DNA of 51,948 bases, from contig JAAOMT010000211.1 in the NCBI GenBank assembly GCA_016748015.1, positions 1 through 51,948 on the forward strand, read 5' to 3'. The notes beneath the pieces were generated by a model that saw nothing but the letters and a program-made list of their open reading frames with translations, was not told where the DNA came from and made no database searches. This document shows positions 39,559 through 49,201 of the stretch, in pieces. The first letter of the stretch is position 1; every line of letters begins with the position of its first letter. This DNA comes from Geosiphon pyriformis uo1. Its lineage: Eukaryota; Fungi; Glomeromycota. The translations under genes were made by a program, and so were the position numbers.

Positions 39559-40541
39559 TGTTACCAGAGGTTTTTGGTCTCTTTTCTTAAATGTTGTCGA
39601 TGCTTGTTTGCTGTGAATTCATGTTTTTTGAATGTGGTTGAACCTCCAATAACTGAATTTATCTTCAAATTATCTCCTATAATTTGAACTGCTGGGCTTA
39701 TAAGTGGAATGGCCAATTCCGTGCCAGTTACTTTATGTAGTTACGTTGTAGTAAATATCAACTTTTTCCCAGGAATTGCTCGTCTGGAAGCTCACTAAAA
39801 TGTATAGTTACTTTGCTGTGAAAGTCAACTCTTCTACAGAAATTTTGTCTGTAGACTACCCTAATAATTATAAAAATAAAAGAAAAAAATAAAAATAAAA
39901 GAAATGTAAAAGAAATAGAATTCTGTCAAGAGAAATGTTTTCTATCCAGGCCTGGAGTCACTAACAGTTTACTGAAATTGGTAGCTAATCAATTTCAAAA
40001 TGTTAGTTGAGTTTTTGAGAATTTTTTAAGTACAATAATTTAAAAAGTTTTGGTTTTTCAAATTGTTTGATATTTATTTTTTTTGTGTGTGTAAGAATGG
40101 TTCTAAGTGATAAATCTAAAGTAAGATACATTTTCTCGAAGAGAGAAGCTCTTCTTTTATACAACTTGTCGTAACACTATTCTATAAACTTGAACTTTGT
40201 AATTTTCTACAATTTCACTGAACTAAAGATACATTTTGGTGAACTACAAGTTATTTCTGCAAACTATTAGATATTTCGGTGAACTATCAATTATTTCGGC
40301 GAATTTCTATAAATTTCGGCGAACTTTTGAATGTTACATAGTTCAGGGTATTGCATAATTGATCATCGCAATTAAGTTACATTTGTGTTGTGTACAATTT
40401 GGGTTATTAATTAAATGATAATTTCGGACATTTTTGCTAATGTAATAAGTGATAATTTGAAACGATAATATATGCTAATTAATGATAGGAATTATAAAAT
40501 AATTTTATGCTAAATAATATTTCTAATTTCGTCTGGTAACA
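39559..40541 (-). repeat. 3' LTR of element 1 (983 bp)
   Basis: 10-bp terminal inverted repeats; TATAAAAG at ~40161-40154 on minus; preceded by the PPT. Confidence 0.95.
40211..40330. repeat. Six tandem ~20-bp repeats in U3 (consensus ~ATTTCGGYGAACT)
   Basis: Exact 20-nt period; also at 48871-48990 and, inverted, at ~38770-38890. Confidence 0.85.
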
Positions 40542-41229
40542 TAATCTCCTCCTCAAGACTGAGCTCCATCGAAATCCAAATACTGTTTGTCATTTCCAGA
40601 TAATAATCCAAAATTATTGAAGAAATTTGGTCTGAAAATTGTTGAAATTTCAGTTCTGTGAGCTTTCCAATGTATTGAATCTTCAAAGGTTGAAAAATTG
40701 GATTTTGTAGTACGTTTTCACAGGTGTAGAATAGATCATAAAATCTAAGAGCAGCTCTGAGCCTGTAGCGACTGTTTGTTGATCCAGCTGTTGTCTTGAA
40801 TTCATTGTGGAGTTGTTTCTGAATAGCTTCTTTTGTGAGGTTTGCTGTTGTAAGTTCCAGTTTCCGTTCGTAGAGTGTTTTTCCAATGTGAAAATATCTA
40901 TAAATTGAAGGATATTTAGTGTTTTCCTTATTGAGACACAGTTGAAGTCTTTGTTGAATTGTAGCATTTGGTGGAATACTAATTGGAGTGAGCATTAGAT
41001 TTTCTCTTAAAGCAAGTTTTAAAAGTTCTGGCAGGTGAATTCCAGTATAACTTCTTGTGTTCTTCTTATACAGGTAATATTTTCGTGAATTTGGGGCTAA
41101 ATTTATAACTACTTCTGTTTGGGTATAATTAATGTAGTTTCCAATAACAGTAATGGATAATTCAGGTATTGTTTTTAAAGCTAACATTAGTTTTTGGGAT
41201 AATTGTTGAATGTTTTGAGGAATAGTCAT
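40510..41229 (-). CDS. Extra ORF3 of element 1 (239 aa, unknown function)
   Basis: Uninterrupted sense ORF from ATG 41229 through the PPT into the LTR. Confidence 0.75.
   Translation of the reverse strand: MTIPQNIQQLSQKLMLALKTIPELSITVIGNYINYTQTEVVINLAPNSRKYYLYKKNTRSYTGIHLPELLKLALRENLMLTPISIPPNATIQQRLQLCLNKENTKYPSIYRYFHIGKTLYERKLELTTANLTKEAIQKQLHNEFKTTAGSTNSRYRLRAALRFYDLFYTCENVLQNPIFQPLKIQYIGKLTELKFQQFSDQISSIILDYYLEMTNSIWISMELSLEEEIMLPDEIRNII
40545..40554 (-). promoter_or_regulatory. Polypurine tract GAGGAGGAGA
   Basis: 3 nt before the TG of the 3' LTR. Confidence 0.8.
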
Positions 41230-41350
41230 TATAAGCAATTTGAAATAAAAGAAAATTATTTTTGGTGCATGGGTTTTTATGTTATTTTTGTTTTGTTTTT
41301 GTGAGATTGTTTCTAAATTATACGAAGATAACTATAATAATAAATTTAAA

Positions 41351-42736
41351 TTAAGTGTTCAAGTTGTGAGGCTGTTCAATGACAACTATTGGTTCTAAAT
41401 TTCAGAGAATGTCTTCAGGATTGATTAAAAGAGAATGTGTACTAATTTGTGGAATTAATGGTTCAGGATTGTTTCTCGAATTATAGTGTTTCAAACAATC
41501 TTTATGTGCAACTTTTGCTAGAATTTTGTCATCAAGTCTTAGCTTGTATGATCCATTGCCTAAAACTTTATGGATAAAGAATGGTCCATCTCATTTATTT
41601 TCAAATTTTCTACTTCATTGTTTTTCGGCTTTAGTTCTGTGTAAAAGAACTTTGTTTCCAATTTTAAATTCATTGGTGACTGGAGGCAATTTGTCATCAT
41701 GCCATTCTTTTTGTTGAGCTTGGGAGTGTTCAATATGGGTGGCTGCTATTCGTCGTTTTCTTTCCAATGTGCTAAGCAGAGTGTAGGCTCTTTATTGAAG
41801 TGTTTCTTAGAAATTGTTTTCATCAATTGGTTGTGCTGGGTATGTTTCTACTGTGAAACTAATTGGTAACATTGTTGTCCTTCCGTAAGTTAAATCAAAT
41901 GGTGTGTGTTTTGTGGTATCTTGTTTTAGTGTTCTATATGCTAGTAACACTGATGGAATAAAGAGATCTCATTTTTGCTCAAAATCGGTTGAAACTTTGG
42001 CTAATGATTCACACAATGTTCTGTTAAACTGTTCTACCAGTCCATTTGTTTGTGGATGGTAGGGTGAAGATAATAGTCTCTTGACATTAAATCATCCACA
42101 AATTTCCTGGATTAAATTGTTCACGAAATGTGTTCCTTGATCAGATAAAAGTTCTATTGGGCATCCATGTCTACAAATGATGTCTTCGTAGATGAAGTTT
42201 GCTACTGATTTTGCATCTGCCCGTTGAATGGCTCTGGCTTCAAGCCATTTGGTGAGATAGTCTATGGCTACTGTAATGTAGCAGTTTCCTTGGTTTGTGA
42301 TATGTAGTGGTCCGACTAAATTGATACTAACTTTGTCAAAAGGCTGTCCAACTTTGATTGGGTTTAAAGGTTTTGTAGGGCGAGTTCCTTCTCTTCTTTA
42401 ACAACTATCACAAGATTCGACATATTTGTGAATGTCTTTTCTCATTCGAGGCCAAAAGTAGTATTCTAGTGTTCTTTGGGTGGTGCTGTCTTTTCCAAAG
42501 TGGGCTGATGAAGGATCTGAGTGCATGTTATATAATATAGTCTCTTTTTTCTGTTCTTGTATTAATCTGAGTGGTTTGTCTGGGTTTTTGAAATTTCGGT
42601 AATAAATAATGTTGTTGTATAGAAAATATTGTTTGGCTTGTTGTTGTAGTCGATGTTTTTCATCTGGAGACCAATCTGTTGGGATTGTTAATGTTTCCAA
42701 ATATTGTTTGAGATCATTGTAGTTTTCTGAATTCAT
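41351..42736 (-). pseudogene. Integrase (HHCC, DDE core, GPF motif; no chromodomain seen)
   Basis: HSDPSSAH...CDSC; LSDQGTHF; YHPQTNGLVE; DGPF. Single frame with several in-frame stops. Confidence 0.92.
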
Positions 42737-42788
42737 TGTTTGTTGGCTCTTTTGGTTGGTTAATTTGAGTGTTGGTTTTTGTGTTTTT

Positions 42789-45700
42789 CTAATCTTGTCT
42801 CATTCTGGAGAGACAGTTAACATTGGTGTGGAGTTTTCCTGGTTTGTGATGTACTATGTATTGATAGTTTGCTAGAAATCCTGTCCATCAGGTTTGTTTT
42901 GCATTTAGCTGAGTATTTTTGTTCTGAAGCCATTTGAGTCTAATATTATCAGTAATAATATCAAATTCTTTAGGCCTGAGATAAAGGTTGAAGTGGTATA
43001 GGGCCTAAATTACAGCTGCTGTTTCTAGTTCTATGGCAGGGTAGTTTTTCTCAGCTGGTTTTAATGTTCTGCTAGCATAAGCAATTACTCGCTCATTTCC
43101 ATTGTTGTCTAGTTGTGATAAGATAACACTAAAAGCAGTATATAAAGCATCTGTAGCTAGTCAAAATCGGTTGCTGAAATTTGAGACGAGAATTGGAGCT
43201 GTTGTCAGTTTTTCCTTGAGAATTTCAAAAGCTTTTTAGTGTTCAGTAGTCCATTTGTATTCAATGTTTTTGGTGGTGAGCTGGTTGAAGGGTTTTGCAA
43301 TTTCTGAAAATCCTTTGATAAACTTCCAATAGTAAGATGCTAATCCTATGAATCCTTTTAGTTCTGTAGTGTTTCGAGGAGTTTTGAAGTTTTTGACAAT
43401 GCTGATTTTTCCAGGATCTGGTTTAATTCCATCTTTACTAACAATATGACCAAGGAAGGCCAGGCTTGTTTTTCCAAAGTAGCATTTTTCGATATTGAGT
43501 TTTAGTCCTGTTTTTCGTAATCGTTGAAAAACTTCTCGCAGGTGTTTTAAGTGTAATTCGAACGATGGAGAATAAACATCAGTATTGTCAAGATAAATGA
43601 CTACTGATTTCCAAAGAAGTCCTTGATACACAACATCCATTAATCTCTGAAACGTTGCTGGTGCATTGCATAATCCGAAAGGCATTATATTGAACTCATA
43701 ATTTCTGCTTTGAGTGGTGAATGCTGTTTTGGGGTGATCTTTGAGATCCATAGCAACTTGCCAGTAACCACTTTCTAAATCTAGTGTTGAAAAGTATTTG
43801 GATTTTCCAAGGGCATCTAACATGTTATCAATCTAGGGAAGGGGGTAGGCATCTCCAATTGTAACACTGTTGAGTTGTCGATAGTCAACACAAAATCAGA
43901 TCTTTCCATTTTTTTTTTTAACTAGCTTTACAGGTGAAGCCCAAGGACTCATAGAGGGTTAAATGAGCTCATTGTTAAGCATTTGTTGTACTTCTTCTTG
44001 AATGAATTGGTGGCTTTCTGGAGCAATTCGATATGCTTGTTGTCTTCTTGGTTTGGCATCTTCTGTATAAATTTGGTGTTGGACCAAATTGGTTCTTCCT
44101 AAGTCATTGTTGTTTTCAGCGAAGATATTGGCAAATTCTGCAATTAACTCTTTGAGCTGGATCTGTTGTTGTGGTTCAAGTTGTCTTATGTTGATTCAAG
44201 ATAGTTTTTTTATGACAACATGGTAGTTTTCAGAGCTGGGGTTTGGGTTGATTTTTGGTATTGAATTTCCAATAATTTCAGAGAAATCGGGGACTGTTTG
44301 GGGTAATTCTTGTTGAAATATATTACTGTGAATAACTCCAATTTCTAAATTATTTAATAAAATTATGGAGTAATTATTGGGATTGTAAAAAGTAACTCGG
44401 ACTTTTTTTGTTCCTTCTGGAATATAAATGTTTGGGATCGAAATATTATGTTCCAAGCAGACTTGTTCATTGGACTCAAAAATTTGTTGTGTGGTTGTTG
44501 GCTTTGGGCAGGTGTAGATTTCTGGATGTTCTCCAAAGGGTGAGATGGTAATCGGTTATGGAAGTCTGAGAATTTGGTGGGATTTGTTCCGTGTGTTAAG
44601 AGCTATGTTAACTAGAACTATGAATCATCCAGTTGAACCAAAACCTTGGGTTTCTCTATTGCTTTTTCCTAATTGTTCTCTTTGATTGACTAGTTGCAAA
44701 CTCGAAATGTTGATTAAGAGTAGGTAAATAGCTTGGGCAATTTTTTCAGCATGTTTGATCTTGAATGGTTTGTCAGTTTCATTTTGAAGCATTACTGTAA
44801 TGTCTCCAGTATATCCAGCATTGATTATTCCTCCTCTGATATTGATTTTTTTGCTTACCAGAAAGGACCGGGAGGTAATTTAAACCATTGCTCTTGGTGA
44901 GATTTTGAGTGCAATTTTGAGGTTGATTTTTGTGAGAGATTTGGGTTTGAGAACAAGAGTATCCTTGCCTAGATATCTTAAGTCATATCCAGCATCAATT
45001 TCGTGTGCTTTTTTGGGTTTTATTCCTTGTCCATTGTTGTTGAAGTATTTAAGTTGTAAGGCAGGCTGATTTTCGATAAGGTAGATAGGTGTTGTTTCAA
45101 TTTCTTCCATTGCTTCAGGTTTTCCAAATTCAATTTCATTCTTATCATTTTCGCTAGGCAAGGGGATACTAAGAGCATAGCATTCTGGACACCACTGTTC
45201 ATCACAAGGCATAATGCATTCTTCACATAACCTAATGTTTATTTGCTCTAATCATTGAATTTGAGCTTCTTGAATTGGGTAGGTGTGACTTGCAATTTGG
45301 TGGTAGACTTCTACTTTGTCTTTGTAATCGAATCCAGCTAATTCCATGGTGTATTCAATGTATTTTGCTTCTTTCATTTGGCGAACATCTTCTTTGGTAG
45401 CTTCATTAATTAATGCCATTGCTAGGTTGAAAATCATCTCAGTATCATGGGGGTAGTGATAAAGTTTGTTGAGAGCACTGTTGTATGCTGCATTAAAGGG
45501 TGTTCCTCTTTTTACTTTTTCTGAAATTGATAAAGCATATTGGCAGGTCTGATCGCAGACTCCTCCTCTCATGGCTACATCAATCTAATTGCATTCTTCT
45601 GGTAGCATATCTCCACAAGTCAAACAAGAGGTGTTGTCCCATTTTCCACTTTTTTTTATTAGATGGCCCCATCGTTCTTTGTGGCAAGCCTTGCAGTAAT

Positions 45701-47966
45701 AACAAGTATGATTTTCATATTTTTCTTCAGGTGAAATGCAGATTTCCATTGACGATAGTTTTTTGTAGCAGTCCTTACATTTAAGGGGAATATAGGGGCG
45801 TTGTTTTCTTGGTTTAGGTTTTAAGTAAGAGATATTCCATCCAGAGGTTTCGGGTTCAGAGTGTAGGGTAAAATGTTCTTGTTCTGTTTCATCGGACCAG
45901 TTGGACGTTGATCCAAGAGCCATGAATGTTTCAATGAGGGGTTTTTCCTTTTCCGGTTTGAATTCAAAAGCTGGGGCTTTTTCAGAGTGTTTGTTGAATG
46001 TACTACAAGTGGCAGATACCTGGGTGTGTTGTCCTTGATAGGAGATTGTTAACTCTTGTGTTTCCCAATTCAGATTAGCATTGGCTTTTTGAAGCCAATC
46101 ATTTCTGATGAGAGCTTAATACTAAGATGTGTCTATTACAAGAACTTTGACTGGAATGGTGATTCTATCAAGAGTGAATGGAAAATTGTTAATTTCTTCT
46201 ACTGGGGTCTTTTTTATGTCATCGGTAGTGATGATTACTGTTTGAGCTGGTCGGTCAACATTTCTCTTCAACTGTTGCATTAACTGGTAGGTGATAATGC
46301 TTCTGGTGGATCCACTGTCTAGGATTAAGCGAATTGTCTTTCCTTCGACTTCTGCTTCAGTGTACATAGCCATGATTGCTTTTTGTTCATTGACAGCTGC
46401 ATTGCTAAGCAGGAATGGTGACTCATTTGCTTCAAACTCAAAAGGGAATATATCTGAAAGGTTAGCATTTTCAGTGATTCTGGCTAGTAAGATTGTGGTA
46501 AGAGTATAGGAAGGGTTTTGTTGTTGTGCTGCAGCTCTACCTTCCGATGGTGCAGTATGATGAAAATCCTGTTCTTCTGACATTGTTAAATAACTGGGTT
46601 GAGTGGAATTTCGAGGAACCAATTGGTTATTCGAACTGATTCTATTGTTGTTTACTTGGTATCGGTTTTGTGGTGTGAATTGATTCTGTGTAAGCAGTCT
46701 TCAAGCAGATACTTGATAATATTGTGCAAGCGGTTGTTGGTATTGCTGTTGGATTGGCTGTGGGACGGGCTGATAATAGTTATTTTGGTATTGGGGTCTT
46801 GGTGGATAGTAAGCTGGTGGTGGCGGTTGATAATAAGATTGCTGTGGTGGAGGGTAACATTGATTACTCCTATTTTGTTGGTCTCGTTGTAGCTTTCTGC
46901 AATCTCTTTTCCAGTGGCCAGAGATTCTACAGTAATGGCAATTTTGAGGCTAGTTATTGGAAAGTGGTACAAAGTTATTTTGATTTTGTCTTTGAGGTGG
47001 TTGATATCTTTGGGGTTGCTGTTGTTGATTGGTAAAATAGTTTTCAATCTTCTTTGTGAATTGGTCAATTTTTTCCTCAGCTGCTGAGCTGGTTTCTCCA
47101 ATTGCCAAATTTGCAAGTTTTGTGCAATTGGCTTCTTCCATGGCCATTTCATATCTTTTCGCATGCTGTATGGCAGAGTTTAAATCTTCTGGCACATGTG
47201 AGCAGATCTTTTTAATTAGTTTATCTTTTAGACCAGTGATAAATTGATCCAAAATTTGAGCATCAGAATAATAATTGTTTGTTTCGAGTTGGCGAATTTG
47301 TCTGAGAAGTTTGTTGAATTTTCCAATATAAATCATAACAGATTCGGAGAGTTCTTGTTTAATATTTTGAAAATGATTACGAAGGGTGATAGAGGTATTA
47401 TTGTTGGTGAACTGTTCAAGGAAGGCTGCTTTGAAAGCATTCCAATCATTGAATGGGACAGCCAAGTTTTCAAACCATTCTCCTGCTGTTCCTTTGAGAA
47501 AGTAGGGAATTGTTCTTAATATTCTGACAGCATTCCATCCATTTGCATCTCCAGCTTTAATAACTTGGTCGAGCCATTCTTGGGAACTGGTTTCAATATC
47601 TTCTCTATTGAATTCAGGGATTTTTGTGATGTATGTTGTCATTTTGTCTTCTTCATTTTCACTGTCTATTGATTCTTCTTCAGTTATTTCAGAGTTGTTT
47701 TTTTCATTTGCTGCTGTCTCAGAGTGTTCACTTTGATTTTCAGCTAGAAAATCAAGGAGATTGGAACTAGTTTAAAGGAGTTCTTGTTGTCTGGTGGGAC
47801 TTCTGAGTGATGTAAAATCTTCTGGTCTTGCAAATCGATTCAAGGGTGAATTAGGTGTTTGTGCTTGTGCAAGTGAAGCTGGAAAAGGTGTGATAGTAAG
47901 TGGAAGTTTTGAACTGGTTCTTTGTTCAAGTGTTTGTAAATGTTTGGCAATTGTTTTCAGTAGTGT
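42789..47966 (-). pseudogene. gag-protease-Cys-rich insert-dUTPase-RT-RNase H polyprotein (one frame, nonsense-disrupted)
   Basis: Capsid-like WFE.L motif; knuckle CHYCRISGHWKRDC; protease ILDSGS; RT MPFGLCNAPATFQ and YLDN (for YLDD); RNase H YASR...NY...ELE...NCLSR. All track ORFs from 47642 to 43823 share one frame. Confidence 0.92.
44628..45030 (-). pseudogene. Trimeric dUTPase domain inside pol
   Basis: All five motifs: AGYDL; *ITSRS; GIINAGYTG; KIAQAI; RETQGFGSTG. Confidence 0.93.
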
Positions 47967-48335
47967 NNNNNNNNNNNNNNNNNNNNNNNNNNNNNNNNNN
48001 NNNNNNNNNNNNNNNNNNNNNNNNNNNNNNNNNNNNNNNNNNNNNNNNNNNNNNNNNNNNNNNNNNNNNNNNNNNNNNNNNNNNNNNNNNNNNNNNNNNN
48101 NNNNNNNNNNNNNNNNNNNNNNNNNNNNNNNNNNNNNNNNNNNNNNNNNNNNNNNNNNNNNNNNNNNNNNNNNNNNNNNNNNNNNNNNNNNNNNNNNNNN
48201 NNNNNNNNNNNNNNNNNNNNNNNNNNNNNNNNNNNNNNNNNNNNNNNNNNNNNNNNNNNNNNNNNNNNNNNNNNNNNNNNNNNNNNNNNNNNNNNNNNNN
48301 NNNNNNNNNNNNNNNNNNNNNNNNNNNNNNNNNNN
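47967..48335. other. Assembly gap (N run)
   Basis: Covers the gag 5' end, PBS and U5 of element 1. Confidence 1.
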
Positions 48336-49201
48336 TAAACTGCTGGGCTTATAAGTGGAATGGCCAATTTTGTGCCAGTTACTTTATGTAGTTATGTTGT
48401 AGTAAACGTCAACTCTTTCCCAGAAATTGCTCGTCTGGAAGCTCACTAAAATGTATAGTTACTTTGCTGTGAAAGTCAACTCTTCTACAGAAATTTTGTC
48501 TGTAGGCTACCCTAATGATTGTAAAAATAAAAAAAATAAAAAAAATAAAAAAAATAAAAAAAATGTAAAAAAAATAGAATTCTGTCAAGGGAAATGTTTT
48601 CTATCCAGGCCTGGAGTCACTAACAGTTTACTGAAATTGGTAGCTAATCAATTTCAAAATGTTAGTTGGGTTTTTGAGGATTTTCCAAGTACAATAATTT
48701 AAAGAGTTTTAGTTTTTCGAATTGTTTGATATTTATTTCTTTTTGTGTATGTAAGAATAATTCTAAGTGATAAATCTGAAGTAAGATACATTTTCTCGAA
48801 AAGAGAAGCTCTTCTTTTATACAACTTGTCGTAATACTATTCTATGAACTTGAACTTTGTTATTTTCTACAATTTCGCTGAACTAAAGATATATTTCGGC
48901 AAACTACAAGTTATTTCTGTGAACTATTAGATATTTCGGTGAACTATCAATTATTTCAGTGAATTTCTATAAATTTCGGCGAACTTTTGAATGTTATATA
49001 GTTCGGAGTATTGCATGATTGATCATCGCAATTAGGTTACATTTGTGTTATGTACAATTTGGGTTATTAATTAAATGATAATTTCAGACATTTTTGCTAA
49101 TGTAATAAGTGATAATTTGAAACGATAATATATGCTAATTAATGATAGGAATTATAAGATAATTTTATGCTAAATAATATTTCTAATTTCATCTGGTAAC
49201 A
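48336..49201 (-). repeat. 5' LTR of element 1 (partial)
   Basis: Colinear with ~39685-40541, about 95% identical by eye. Confidence 0.93.

Larger units (their letters stand above)
39559..49201 (-). mobile_element. Near full-length Ty3/gypsy LTR retrotransposon (element 1), inactivated by nonsense transitions
   Basis: LTRs at 39559-40541 and (gap)48336-49201 with TGTTACCAGA/TCTGGTAACA termini; domain order gag-PR-RT-RH-IN; flanks ATAG/ACAG. Spans an assembly gap. Confidence 0.9.

Noticed and set aside
40211-40330. CRISPR-like array
   Set aside because: Degenerate direct tandem units without unique spacers, inside a eukaryotic LTR.
40510-41229. ORF3 as an envelope gene
   Set aside because: No visible signal peptide, furin site plus fusion peptide, or TM anchor.
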